From contig JBNGIO010006232.1 of NCBI GenBank assembly GCA_049999805.1, positions 75,048 through 119,591 on the forward strand: a stretch of 44,544 bases of DNA, given 5' to 3'. Positions 28,160 through 42,016 of the stretch are shown here, one piece after another (positions within the stretch are counted from its first letter, which is position 1; each line of letters begins with the position of its first letter). The position numbers were made by a program, and so were the translations under genes. The notes beneath the pieces are model-generated. The model ran no database searches and was not told where the DNA came from. It worked only from the letters and a program-made list of their open reading frames with translations. This DNA is from Folioceros fuciformis. Lineage: Eukaryota.

Positions 28160-30856
28160 TCACCTGGGTGAGGATAAGCGCTCAGCAGAAAGTTGGCTCA
28201 ATTTCACTCCCTCGTACTCCCCGAACCCATCAAAGCTGTGTAGAGAGTGGCTGCTGGATCCAGTAGCGGTATCTGCTTTGGGGCAGAGGCCTCGGAAAAA
28301 CTGGCTGCACAGGGGAGGTTGTGGGACGTGGATGTTGCCCTCCAGCATGTCCACGACTTTACCCATGGAGGGTCTTAGGGTGACATCCTCCTGAATGCAC
28401 CAAAGAGCCACTCTGAGCACCAGAGCAACCATGTTGCCGTCTACACATCCCCGGAGTTTTGGATCCAGCAACTCAGAGATGTTGCTAATTTCGACTTGCC
28501 CGAAAGCATAGGCTGGGAAGTACCATTTTTCGGATGTCTCAGAGGAATCGAAGTTCTTTCTGCCGCTGACGATTTCTAGCAGCACCATTCCATAGGTGAA
28601 AACATCGCTCTTTTCGGTGATGGCGTAGTTTGTAACCCACTCTGCTGCAAGGTAGCCCCGTGTGCCTCCCATGGTGGTGAACACGTGGCTCAGCTCTCTG
28701 TTCATCAGCTTTGCAAGACCAAAATCCGAAACTTTGGCTAAGAAATGCTCGTCCAGTAGGATGTTCTCAGGCTTGATGTCGCAGTGAATGATCTTCTCAC
28801 GACATTCCTCGTGCAGGTAGGCAAGTCATTGTGCTGTGCTGAGCGCAATGTTGAACCTTTGATGCCACAGCAAATTCTTCTTTGCAGAAAAGAGGGATTT
28901 GCCGAGGGACCCATTCGCGAGGTACTCGTACACAAGAAGCCGATGCACTCCCTCTGTACAGAAGCCTCTGAGCTGAACGAGGTGTAAATGATGGATGCTC
29001 CCAATTGTGGCCACTTCTGCCCGGAACTCCTTGAAGCCTTGCCCAAGGCTCTCTAGCTTCTTCACAGCCACCTTGCTGCCGTCTGCGACAGTGCCTTCGT
29101 AAACTGACCCAAAACCTCCAGAACCCAACTTGTTGCTGAAGCTGAGAGTGGCCCGTTCTAGTTCCTTGTATGAGAAACGCATGGGAAGGCCCGGTATTGC
29201 TTCGAGGAATACCTCCTCGTCCTTGATCTCAGTATCGTCCTGCTTGCCAGTTTTCGTACCTCTGCAGATTCGTAGTGCCAAGAGAACGGAAGCGAGCAAC
29301 AATACAAGGAGTGCTATGCAGATAGCGCTGATAGCGGCAATGCTGGTACCTACCGCCTGCCAAGTGAGAGATTTGTTAGAGTAAAAAACACGGTGTAACA
29401 AGCATCTTACGAGAATCACGTCATTGAGAAAAGTGCAGACTGTAAGGTGATACACACGTTTCGTTGACGACGGTGCAATCTTAACAAATGCTACATGTTT
29501 AGGGTCATGGTCCGATTGCAAAGTTGCAACCTGATCCACCGTGTAGCAGTCCCCAGTCGTATCCCAATAGAATAAAGCTGTGCAAGAGCAGTTGTGGGCG
29601 CAGAATTCTTTGCAATCTAATAAACTTGGCATCTTCACGGGACTATCATACTGGTTCGAGAAGTAGTTCACCCCTCCTGCCGGACTGGTAATCTGCAACC
29701 ATCGAACATCGGCAACTATGCCTACCGTTTCCGACGAGCAACCTGCAGCGACCCGACCGACATTCCCCGGCATTTGGCAATGTAGGAAAGGGATTGTACC
29801 ATTGACAGGAACAAAGGGAACAGGACACCGGCATTGCCCCTGAGTGCAGATCCCGTAAGGTCCGCATGTGCCAGGGAGCTTTCAGGAAGCATCATCGCCA
29901 GGTGGCAGAGAACTGGCTGTCTGCCCATGTCGCCCCTGTGTTATCAATAAAGAAAGTCTCCAGCATTCCACCCTGATTCAAGGTGAGCCCTCTAGGACGT
30001 GTTCCGCCGTTGCCAACACAGAACTCTGAGACGAGCTGCTCTTCACCCGTGAAAAGCTCTAAAGCCTTTTCTACCAGCTTCGCAAAGGCCGGAATGCCTG
30101 TGACGTTGGCTTAGCAGTGCTTCTTGCGTCGCGTCTCATGCTCCAGTACACATGTTCCTCGTTTGCTGCAGATGCCATGAGCACCAAATTCCCCTTGAAA
30201 CATCGAGAGAGAATAGTTGCCTTCAGATAGGTCTCCATCTGACACACTCGACACCAGCTTAGAGACGTTGTTGAACTTCTGCTTTGCCAGCAAAGTATCT
30301 GTAGGATGGTCGAAGCTCTGCCACAGCACGGTCGTGTCGTTGCTCAGAACAACCAGATTGCCGGTTTCCTGCTCCACCACCAAACCCACGACATCAACAA
30401 AACTTAAAGCCGGCCAGATGAACATCAGTAGGGCGAGTAGGATAGTACCTCCAACTGTACGCTGCTCGCTGTGGAGTTTCCGGTGCCAGTCGACCACACC
30501 ACTGCACTCGAGTTGCTCAAAACAACATATCCACCAGGCTGAAATACCAGGGGATCGGAGATCCTCACTCGGGAGTTCCTATTAGCTGTCCACACCACAA
30601 AATCCGTGGCAGGATGCCAGATGCACAGATAGAAACCATCCGTGCTTGACCTGAAGCCTAGCTGGAAGCTGTTGTTTGCGGATCTCAGAAACGCTCCACT
30701 GGAGTCGATGAAATTCACCCGAGATCCGCTAAATCCAACAGTTAGACTGTCAAATACCATGCCAATCACAGGAAACACCAGGAGGGAGGAGATCACGCAA
30801 ACCTCCACCGTACAAGACGAACACCAGGACACGTCCAGAGCAAGCGACCGTAGCAT
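28160..30856 (-). pseudogene. G-type lectin S-domain receptor-like kinase (SD2-5-like), disrupted
   Basis: Bulb lectin (VVWTANRN, LWQSFDHPTDTLL), EGF-like (CGPYGIC), PAN (CAHNCSCTALFY), TM and kinase (LGSGGFGSVY, IIHCDIKPENILL, DFGLAK, GTRGYLAAEW, LSSPR*). Lesions: frameshifts near 30190, 30110 and 29900, and in-frame TGA at 29882-29884 (Cys position) and 28826-28828 (Gly position in TA.GLAYLH). Confidence 0.85.
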
Positions 30857-31883
30857 CTTAATCTCAGAATTCAAGGCACAGAGGTTTGCAATTTAGGCAC
30901 GGCAATCACGGCTCGGCCAGCTTGAAATTTCCCCACACCTACATCTCCAGACGCAGGGATGTCATACACCCGTTCCTGCTCTCTCTACCTCTAATCTGAG
31001 CGCCATGCGTACTAAAACCACCACCCCGGCTGCGTGTTTTTTAGCACAGAGCTGAGAAAGCTGACGCAACACTTGCAGAACGAAGGCTGTCTGCAGAATT
31101 GGAGGTGTGGGAATCGGGGATGATCGAGCAGGAATCGTCCATGCTCACACCGTCCTGTCGGCGAGCAGAAGCAAAGGAGGTGGCCGGGAGCGGCCAGCGA
31201 GCTCACGTGCATCTTCTCTTTCTAACATCCTGGCAGTGGCAGGTACCTGGTTTCCTCAAGCACTGGAATTGCGTCCGAGGTCCCTATCGAGCCAGTACAT
31301 CTGCCTCACCAGCAGATATCTACTCGACGCGACAGGAGCCTTTTCCCCCGCTTTCACGAGCATACGATTTCTCACGAGAGGACGCATGAATGGAAGCCTG
31401 ATTGCCACCACGCACAAGATGGAAACAGAGCATTCAAGGAAAGCTGCCCTGGGACACAAAGTGTGGCCCCTCGACTACTCGACATGCTCAGCACCGAGTC
31501 CGCATTACTTACGTAATGATCTCCATGTACAACGAGTATCAAGATAAATCTCTATTGTAGAGACCTTATACACATAGGTACATCAGTCCTGCCCTGCCAA
31601 TCTTACGAATTCTGGACACTGCCTGAACTACACCTACACTAGCTCTCTGGCATAGCAGGTGAGGAGCTCCGACATATGGGTGCTAAATTAGCTGGCAAAG
31701 CAGAAGCTTCGACACAGAGGGATGCAGATGTGATTCCTTCCTTACACCACATTATTGGTGCGTGTACAATGGCCTTTCCCTAGGAGTTGCACTCTCTTTA
31801 CCTTTGTCTTTCTCGCTAGTCGATGGAGCAAGTTCAACTTAGAAATGGAGCATTGTTGAACACCAAGATTTAAAAGTGAAGAC

Positions 31884-31956
31884 TGAAGACGGCAGGGAGT
31901 CGAACTTGCGGGACGAACCCTCTTGGCTTGCCCAATAATCACTTCAGCACAACCAC
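31884..31956 (-). pseudogene. Decayed tRNA-Ser-derived sequence (pseudo-tRNA or SINE head)
   Basis: Minus strand reads GTGGTTGTGCTGAAGTGATTATTGGGCA...CCCGCAAGTTCGACTCCCTGCCGTCTTCA, resembling plant tRNA-Ser as recalled (GTGGACGTGCCGGAGTGGTTATCGGGCA...CCCGCGCAGGTTCGAATCCTGCCG). Anticodon arm not recognisable. A TTTT tract follows at 31872-31875. Confidence 0.6.
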
Positions 31957-32149
31957 GGTCATACGATTCTAATGTATGGTTTAATCCATAGCCGTGGAAA
32001 AATAGTAATATTTGCCGATCTCAACATCTTCAAGCTGTCAAGGTTATTAGAGAATGCTGAAATTTGCCCTATATGCCTAAAAACACCCGTGTGCTCCTTT
32101 TTGAACAATGCTGAGTCTAAGCTGCAGAGTGCAATAGTTTGCATGTAGC

Positions 32150-33574
32150 TCACCAGAACTTCAATTTGAGATGGAAGGCTTGGGCGAGGGTCATGCCTCC
32201 AGCGAGGAAGGCAAGGTAAGCAATGAGTGTAGAGAATGCCCAAATCGGGGTGACTGAGATGGTGTCCGTGCTCAAGTTCACCAATCCGGTGAGCACATTG
32301 GCTAGCAAAAACGTTGGTAGAAGGTTCTGATCAAAGGCATCCATCCAAATCATCCGTCTCAGAGGAAGAAGAGCTTCTGCCAGGGCGAAACTTCCGATCA
32401 CCTGGAAGTTCTGCCCCAAAATAAATAGAACGTAGGCCAGGTTGCATGTTCGCCGTGACACTCTCTCAACGAGCTGATCAGTCACAGCTGCCAGAATCCA
32501 GAACACGGCATCCAAACCACATACTTCCATAGCGGTGTACCAGCGGACAGACTCCTCCCTGAGCTTGTCATCATCGGTTACAGTTTTGAATCTCTTGAAC
32601 AGAAGCCCAGCTGACTGGTTTACCATGAATCCCAGCTGAACACTGATAAGGTAGAGGGCCCAGTATCCCAAAGTGCTGTACAGGCCTTCCTTGTTCAAGC
32701 TCACGATGCTGGATCCCCTCTCTGATGACAGCAGATACTCGTTGAGCCCGGAGGATAGCCATGCTTGATATGCTGCTAGGATGAGAAGGCCTACAACCCC
32801 ACTCACGGAGGCCGGGATCTGGATCACGGATGTGAGGAGAGTCACGGCGGCGAGCGTGAAAAAAAAGTTCCAGTGAAGCCCGTACTCTGAAATATGCTCC
32901 TGGTAGTCCACACCTTTGGTCAGAAACAGCCTGGCAAAGCCAAGGGCGAGAAGGGGGCTCACGCTCCTCAGCACAGCCCCATACATGGGCGGCAAACCTC
33001 TTGCTTGTCTGGAGACCAATGCGTTAGCCACCACAAAAGATCCCACCCCCACGTCCATCAACCCTGTGCCGTAGGTCTCTGTCTTGGCCAGCCTTCTAGG
33101 GTAGATTGTGAAGTCCACAGCGAGAATTGTGATGCATGTCACCAGCATCATGGCGCACCTGTACGATGAAAGGAAGGACCTGCGAGGAGGGCCCCCCACC
33201 TGTTGTTCATCTAAGGTGGCCCGACTTGTGCCCCGAAGAAGCAAAACGCAAGCCAGCAGCACGAAGACCAAGGTCGCAAGCACGACATTGACAGATTCTG
33301 CAAGGACAGTGAGGCTAGCTAGAATCGGCAGGATCACCACCGTCAGCTCGATTCCTAAAGACCTAACCACCTCACTCCACAGTCGTCGGCCCTTGACAGC
33401 CAAAGGGGGCCTGAACGGAGTGTAGCTGGCCACAATCTGTCCCAAAACCATAAACCCCGGAACCACCGCTGACAGAGCTGCAATCTCTGGCATGCTGGTG
33501 CCATCTAGATTGCTCACAAATTCCTCCTTTCTCAGTTTGTAGGAACTCGTAATGGACGCACTTCGGTGGGCCAT
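32150..33574 (-). CDS. PIGW: GPI inositol acyltransferase PIG-W/GWT1, intronless
   Basis: Motifs KLRKEEFVSNLDGTS, TILAVDFTIYPRRLAKTETYGTGLMDVGVGSFV, YQEHISEYGLHWNFFFTL, NKEGLYSTLGY, VSRRTCNLAY, FLLANVLTGLVN. Confidence 0.95.
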   Translation of the reverse strand: MAHRSASITSSYKLRKEEFVSNLDGTSMPEIAALSAVVPGFMVLGQIVASYTPFRPPLAVKGRRLWSEVVRSLGIELTVVILPILASLTVLAESVNVVLATLVFVLLACVLLLRGTSRATLDEQQVGGPPRRSFLSSYRCAMMLVTCITILAVDFTIYPRRLAKTETYGTGLMDVGVGSFVVANALVSRQARGLPPMYGAVLRSVSPLLALGFARLFLTKGVDYQEHISEYGLHWNFFFTLAAVTLLTSVIQIPASVSGVVGLLILAAYQAWLSSGLNEYLLSSERGSSIVSLNKEGLYSTLGYWALYLISVQLGFMVNQSAGLLFKRFKTVTDDDKLREESVRWYTAMEVCGLDAVFWILAAVTDQLVERVSRRTCNLAYVLFILGQNFQVIGSFALAEALLPLRRMIWMDAFDQNLLPTFLLANVLTGLVNLSTDTISVTPIWAFSTLIAYLAFLAGGMTLAQAFHLKLKFW

Positions 33575-33803
33575 CGTCCATGAAATCGCAGGGCATTCTA
33601 CACACCGTCACACGCTCACGACGCAATATCGACAAACCGCACAAAGTCTCGGCTTCTTCAGAAGCCAAGACGAATTAGTATAAATGAGAACCCTAGTGCG
33701 CACAATACATGCTGTTGAGCTACAACTCTCAGACACAGTGCACGCCTCCTTGACACCACACCAGGATAGCAGATTCGTGAGCAGTTTTCGCAGTGAGCAA
33801 TTG

Positions 33804-35600
33804 CTATCGAATTGAAAACGACAAAGCAGCTGTGCGCAATTTGGCTGCAGCCTCTCGCCACCTACTTTGCGAAGCCATGGCTCCTGCCACATACACCTGC
33901 AGCAGGGAGGGAACAAGGCCGCACGGAATCTTAGTCTGCTGCACTGTGGAATTAGGGTTCTTGATGGAGTCTGGGGAGTGGCAGGGAAGGACGAGCTTGA
34001 TCACCTGTCCACTGGCTGCACCAGCAACCATGGCCACGCGTTTGTCTTGCGTCACAAATTCATACAGGTAGTACGTCCTGAACAAGCGCAACCAAAGCGT
34101 CAGGCTTCGCAGGCCCCTGTCGCACATGAGTTGCTGAAGAAGCCCTGCTTTACCTGGTGCCCCGTGCAGTGTCGGAGAGCAGAGATCGTGCTCCTATGAT
34201 TCTCGCTCCTACTGCAGAGCTCCACCAGCTCAACGTTTAAACTTGCCAACGAAAGATCACGCTTTCACAGCTCGAACAAGGTAAGAAGAGGAGCTACCTG
34301 GGACAAAAATCTTTGCAGCGTCTTCGAGGGACCCAAGAGCAGTGATGTCATCGGCCTGCGCATAGCATCCGTGTTCAGTCCATCTTAGACACGTTATGGA
34401 CAGACTTCATGCTGAAGACAACATGAGAAGCATGCTGTTCAACATCCTTCATGCACAGTGGTGAGAACGGCAAAGAAGGTGGATTACCTCAAAGAATGAG
34501 AGTTTCAGTTGAGAAGCGGGCTTGATGACTATACTCAAGACCTCCTTCCTGTGGCACATCGATGCCGTAGATGACAGATGCGTGACGACAAGGGTGACGA
34601 AGAGAAAGCCTCCATAGATAGCTAGGCTCTCACTCACTCGACCGAGGAAGAAGTGCCTGAAGCTCAAAACAAGAGTACCTGTCGACCGATCCGAAACGAG
34701 CAGCGAAAGGTTTAGCTTTAGCTCGTTCACCGTAGAGGGAGTCACCAGTATCCTCAAACTCCTGCAATGCAAGCCCATGGCGTCACTTGGTTTGAACTCT
34801 ACTAGCAAGGGCAGTGGAAAGGCATATGGCAGAACAGCTGGGACCACATCCATCAAAAGGGAGGAGCTCCTGCTGGTAACCGACCGAAATGACAGTATGG
34901 CATACCTCGGGCTCCTGCAAGTCCTCAAAGTCAGGGGGCACCTTAACCACAAATCCTTGGCCTCTATAGCGGTACCATGACTCGGTGCTAACAGGAAATG
35001 GTGATGGCTTGGGGTCGGCAGAAGCAGAGGGAGGAGAAGGCTGTTCAGCAGCTTCAGCTCTCACTGCGTGGGAAAACCATCCAATTGGGGCCAGAACTGA
35101 AAATGCCAGAGACGATGCAATCATACTTCTCCTGAAATGCAGAGGGGATCCATCCAGATATTCATGCTCGTTCAGTCCCACACTCACATGTCCGGCGCTG
35201 CATCCACTGCTGCTAACAGATGCATCACCCTGCGTGATGCAAAATCAGAGAGTCAGTGAAATGCCTGCGGCATTGCACACTGCATTCGACATCCCAATTA
35301 AGGTGTGAGGGCGGCAAAACCCACCTCTTCATGGAAATGGGTGGCTGCAGATGCCGCCCCTTCGTGACCGAATGACCATGATGCATACGAACTATCCTTC
35401 TCAAGCGCAGCCCGCTCTGGACGCGGACACAGCGCATTCCTCAATGCTAGCTTGTAGGTTCCTACTTTCCAGAACCAAGCACCTTGACCCGGTACTGAAA
35501 CCACCTCTTCTCGAGCAAGAAATCGACAACGTCCAGAACCCCGGGGGTGCAAAACTGGCCGTATGCCAGTGGCAAGACAGGTGCATTGCACGCCTACCAT
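33804..35600 (-). CDS. PPD7: PsbP-domain protein 7 (thylakoid lumen); 8 exons (35600-35325, 35229-34906, 34761-34679, 34548-34488, 34355-34298, 34208-34154, 34077-34005, 33896-33804)
   Basis: Tat-like RRSMI plus hydrophobic AVRA signal. GFVVKVPPDFEDLQEPE..SLYGERAKAKPFAARF..EVLSIVIKPASQLKLSFFEA.DITALGSLEDAAKIFVPG..RTYYLYEF..KLRTAALSF matches PPD7 as recalled. First exon less certain. Confidence 0.85.
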
Positions 35601-35895
35601 CTAGGTAGATGTCCTACAAGCTGGCAAGGTCTCTATCTTTTTTCCTCCACGTCACACATGAAGCGGTTCCTTTCCTCGCTGTAAGGGAGTTCACTAGCAC
35701 TCCAGCCTCTGAAAGTCAGAAAGTGCAAAAACAAACACAGAACATTGTTGGCGGGCGGCGAGGTTTGAGATTGATTTCCAAAATCGTAAAGCAAGTCCCA
35801 AGATGCTCTTCGTTAATCCATCTGGCAAGCCGGCATGTCTGTGGTTCACAACTGCCGGGCTTTGGACACCGACGCCAGCCAGTACACAGCCTCTT

Positions 35896-35910
35896 TAAAC
35901 CCTAAACCCT
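35896..35910 (+). promoter_or_regulatory. Telo-box (TAAACCCTAAACCCT) in the divergent PPD7/PPR promoter
   Basis: Two tandem plant telomere-like heptamers between head-to-head genes. Confidence 0.45.
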
Positions 35911-36253
35911 GACCAATGAATCTTCGTTCTTTCAGCTATCGGTGGTATCTGAGCGCCAGTCCGAGATTCAGTCATCCGGAAGTTGAGAGCTCCGTATGCT
36001 TCTCATCCCAATAATCGGAGCGAGCATGTCTATCGGGAATCCGTGAGGCTGAGAGAAATCGTCCAGTGCCTGGCCGTCAGTAGGTTGATGATGTGACCTC
36101 GCTCTCCCGCCATGTCTTACACTGGTTAGAGCAAGGATTGAACGGATGGACGCAGCTTGAGCGCCTGAAATTTTCAGATCATGGCGGGGCTGTTTTATTC
36201 GGCATTGGGGAGAATCCTCCTCAGATTTTGGTGAGGGTTTTGGGTTTTAGAAA

Positions 36254-38811
36254 ATGGAGGTGATACAGGCGAGGATCATCATCAGTCAGCCCCCTCAGAC
36301 GATTCCTATCAGCATAAAAGGGAGACGGTGCCCGAAACTCGGTTTGGACCGGATCTCGTTCCCTCCCATTCGGGGTTATAGGGGGAATCTGACTGCGTCA
36401 GTCCCGGAGGAATTGCCAAGCTCGCCTGAAAGCAATGCAGATAGCAACCCAGTCGGAAAGGATTCACCTGCTCTCTTCCTGAGGCGGCCTGTGAAACGGC
36501 CCAAGACCCAGCTGCAGTTGGACTGGCAGGAAGGTGCCTGGGTGCGTGAGCTTGTTCAAGGTCGGCCTGATTCTGAAAAAGCAGGGGAGGAGGCAGACGT
36601 TGACCGGTCGGAAGGTGGAGGTGAGCCTCCAGGGTCGGATGGCAATGGAGGGACACGGGGCACAAGCACGTCTCACCACAAGTCTGATGACAATCGATCA
36701 CAGATGCACAGTTTGGAAGATGCGGAGGAGAGTAGATTGGCGAGGGCTGAGTGGCAAAGAAAGGTGAGTTCTTTGATGGAGGCGGCTAAGGTGCAACCCA
36801 AGTCATCCTTGACAGAGGATTTGGAGGTTTCCGACGATGAAAAAGGGGATTCTGCAAAGTCCGCATCACTGGATGATGCTGAAATGGAAGCTTTGTTTCC
36901 TGGTAGGGGTACCAGGTTTGGAGTCCGAGGTATGGGGGAGAGTAGTATGCCGTTTGTGGAGCTCTGGGCTGATGAGGCCTCTCCACGGGCAGAGAAAAAT
37001 ATTCTGAGAAGTTTGGAGCCAGGAAGTTTTGTGGACAGCTTGTTTGAGGATGGAGAATTGGAGAGCAGTACCAATAGGAGAGGAGATATAGGAGAAGCTG
37101 GCGAAGCAGATGAGCCTTCAGTATCAAAGTCCTCCGATGACAAAGCAGACGCCAGCAACCAGCTTTCCAAACGGTTGCCGGACAAAGTGGCAGAGGATAA
37201 CGTATCCCAGGCCTTGTACGAGTGGGCTCAGAAGGTGGTGCAGACTCTTCCGCAATCAGCACACATCGTGAAGAGGAAGATGAATGTGCAGGAGTTGGTG
37301 GGTTTGCTTGCACGAGTTTCTGATGAGGCAGCCATCGGTGCTGAGTTATCCAAGTATCAGGCCGAGAACGGGGGTCTGAGTGAATTGACATCTTCGATGG
37401 TGGTGGTGGAGCTGTGCAGAACAGGCAGAGCCAAAATAGCTTTGCAGGTGCTTGACTGGTTGTCGAAAGCCGGGGTTCAGTTGAGGTTGACCTCGTACAA
37501 CTCTCTGCTTGCGGGTCTGGTGAGGGCGAGTTGTTTTGAGGAAGCATATGATGTGTTTGAGAAGATGAAGAGCGAGGACGTGAAGCCCAGTGTGTATAGT
37601 TACACGCTGCTGATGCAAGTAGCGGCCCGCACCAAGGGTTACAAAGCTACCCTGAGAGTCTTCAACGAGATGGTGAAAGATGGCAGGTGCAAGCCTGATG
37701 TGTTTTCTTTCAACTGCCTGATATCGGCCTTTGGTAGGGCTCACAAATGGAAAGAGGTGGCCCAGATATGGGAGAAAATGAAGCAGGACGGGTGCAAGGA
37801 AGGCATGGGCACCTACTGCCTTTTGGTCAGCACCTTTGTGCGGTGTAATCAAGTTCACCTCGCTCTTGAAGTCTATCATTCCATCATCCAGAGGTCCTGG
37901 AAACCCAATAAGGATATTTTGAAAGCTCTGATCTGCTCCTGTGCCAAAGAGGGACGCTGGATGCTAGCCCTCGACTTTCTGGACGAGATGTTGGTGAGCG
38001 GAATCAAACCATCAGCAACTGTGTTGAACTCTGTTCTGAGCTCCGTGGCAAAATCTGGAGAGTTAAACCTTACCTTCAGAGGATACGAGTGCATGAGAGC
38101 CTTGGGACTGAAGCCAGACCCATATACGTGGTGCTCTCTGTTGACCGCTCTGAATTGCTCAGGCGAGTACGACAGAGCGTGGAAGCTGTTCGAGTCGATG
38201 AAGGACATGGATGTGAAGCCGACCTGCGAGGTGTACAGCTCCATGCTTGCAATATGCCTCAAGGTGGAGAACTGGCAGACGGCATTGCGGCTGGTGTGGG
38301 AAATGGAAAAGGAAGGGTTGAAGCCAGATGTCCAGGTCTACACTCTCCTCATCAACACGTGCGAGGCGGCAGGGCAAGCGCAGGTGGCTCTAGAAGTGTA
38401 TGAGCACATGCTGCAAATCCGCGTTGCACCCAATTGCTTCACCTACGCCTCACTCATCCGAGCCTGCGGCAAGGTGTTCAACTGGCACAAAGCCAGAGAG
38501 CTGTTTCAGGTAATCAATTCCTCTCTTTCCTTGCTCCATGAAAACTACTGCTTCTCGGCTGTTAGATCTCTGTCTCCGTCCCTTGCCCACTCACTCACTC
38601 CAATTTGCTCCCATTACAGGAGCTGAGAGAAGCTGGCTTGGCTCCCAACATCTATGTCTACAATGCCCTGTACCATGCCTTCATAAAAAGCGGACAGGTG
38701 AACTATGCCAGAAAGCTGTACTGGGAAATGCTCGATCACGGCTGCAATCCAGACACCGTGACCAGGGACCTTTTCGCGAAACACCCAGTCCTGGCAGGTT
38801 TGATCAAGTAA
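36254..38811 (+). CDS. P-class PPR protein (At3g29290/EMB2076-like); 2 exons (36254-38509, 38620-38811)
   Basis: About 11 P-type repeats after a long acidic N-terminal region. Motifs TYCLLVSTFVRCNQ..ALEVY, CAKEGRWMLAL, VALEVYEHM...FTYASLIRAC resemble At3g29290. GT-AG intron in phase. Confidence 0.88.
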
Positions 38812-39281
38812 TGGCCTCACCTTCGCTCTCATCACTGGACAGAGGTATATTCTGTATCACAAGAGATGAACTCCAAGCTTAACCCTTCTTTCGTCCCCCA
38901 TCCGTCCAAAGGAAGGTTTGCAGAGCTTCCGGACAGGAAAATGCTGGGAACCGTGTTATGCAAATGTACCGAAAGTGTAGCTGGGGCATGAGAATCGAGG
39001 CAGGTTCAGCAGTAGGCTGTAGCAATGAGGGAGGTTCCATCTTAGAATTCCAAGTTTTGATTACCTCCACGGAGACGGACAAACGGATAAGGGCGCCATT
39101 TCCTTTCAGTGTCACAAGCCAACCCAGTGAATTGTATCATTATTGAAATTTGAACCCAAGCAGTAAGGGTTTCTCATTCTCGGACCCCTTCGCAGCCGTA
39201 GATCATGGTAAGCGATAGGGTACCTACCATGCGTACTATGTAATAAGCTTAGAAAAAAATCGGAATAAATATCTCCTGTGG

Positions 39282-40654
<1,373 letters not shown>

Positions 40655-41553
40655 CGTTTCCAAACCTACTGCTCTCGATATTGCAACAGAATTGGAAGTG
40701 TCCAATGCTGTTGTGCAGTCTCCGGACTGTGCAGTGATCGTGTTGCAGGTCTGCTATGCGCAAGGCACTGGGATTTGAGCGTTCGGTACTGCGGCAAGGA
40801 TCGCCCATGCGAGCATTTGTAGCAGTGCAGCGAGATCGCAGGCTACGGTGAAACATCCACGGGACACGGGTTGGAAGCTTCGGCATTGACCGGTCTGAGA
40901 AAAAACCGACCCCGGGCTAGCCCTGGCTTGCTCCAACAGTGCCTGTGTGCAGGTAGCCGCGCTGGAGTGGAAGACGTCATCACGGTGTAGGAGAAAATCT
41001 TCTGCGAGACCGGCTTCATGTCCTGTATTGCCCAGTGGAAGGGCACGCGAAGCTTCTAGGACGACGAGGGTCGGGATGCCGGACTCCGGTCCAGCATTCA
41101 TCATGGCCAAGCAGTAAGACGACGTCACGGCAGGGCGCCGGCTCGCGCGTCCGACGGGGTACGCTGGACTCTGGGCTGACAGCTCTATACTCGTCGGGAC
41201 AATCCGGAGACGACGAATTGTAGATTCCCTCGATACTAATAAAAAGTCTGTCGTCTACACATAGGCCACATATTCAAAAAGGAGACCGAGACTCCTTACG
41301 CGTAAACCGCGGTCTGCGGAAGTTGTCCGTTGAGGGAGGGAAGAACGAGGAATCGCTTATCGTACTGCTTGTACTTTAGGCTGCGACAGATGATGCATTT
41401 CATTAGAGTTGAAGGCCGTTCATGTGGTAGAACAGGCAAAGCTGATTTCATGTTCGGCAACTTGGTAGGTATGTTATATTATCTGAGATATTTTTTTATA
41501 TAATAAAATATTATGTAATATATTAGATCAGGCTATCTTGGAGGTGAGACACT

Positions 41554-41618
41554 TGCGCTACCCGGACCAGTCAAGGGTGCAACATGCGCTACCTGGACCA
41601 GTCAAGGGTGTAACATGC
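41554..41618 (+). repeat. 31-bp direct tandem duplication (TGCGCTACCYGGACCAGTCAAGGGTGYAACA x2)
   Basis: Units start at 41554 and 41585 and differ at two positions. Confidence 0.8.
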
Positions 41619-41832
41619 TCTTCCTCGTTGCTTTCCGTCTTTGGGGTCCTCTCTCCCTTCAGCCTTTATGAGCCGGGTAGGTTGGTACCTTTTGATACTC
41701 CGCTCAAGACATGTGTTGTCCACTGCAACAGGGGCCATGCCAAGCCTTGTGTGGGCGCTTGAATTTTCGTGATGAAAGTCACTAATCCTAACTATGGCAG
41801 AGGCATAGCATAATTGAAGGGTGCCACAAGTC

Positions 41833-42016
41833 GGTTACGGCGAGGAGCGGGAGCAGGTTACAGTGAGGAGCGGGAGCAGGTTATGGCGAGCAGTGGGAGC
41901 ACAGTACGGCGAGGAGCATGAGTAGGTTACAGCAAGCAGCGGGAGCAGGTTACGGCAAGCCATAGGAGCAAGTTACGGCGAGGAGCGGGAGTAGGTTACG
42001 GCGAGGAGCGGGAGTA
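41833..42016 (+). repeat. 23-bp minisatellite, 8 degenerate copies (consensus GGTTACGGCGAGGAGCGGGAGCA)
   Basis: Head-to-tail units with period 23 and no spacers. Confidence 0.9.

Noticed and set aside
28826-29884. Rescue of the kinase TGA stops by U-to-C editing or readthrough
   Set aside because: Such editing is organellar, CGA (Arg) would not restore the expected Cys or Gly, and frameshifts are also present.
2476-38811. Several plastid-related genes as a functional gene cluster
   Set aside because: They are interspersed with unrelated housekeeping genes, and this density is plausible by chance in a compact plant genome.
40754-41128. 124-aa minus-strand ORF upstream of the peroxidase
   Set aside because: No recognisable domain or splice link; likely promoter sequence.
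41833-42016. 23-bp repeat array as a CRISPR array
   Set aside because: Units are head-to-tail with no unique spacers, there are no cas genes, and the context is eukaryotic. It is a minisatellite.
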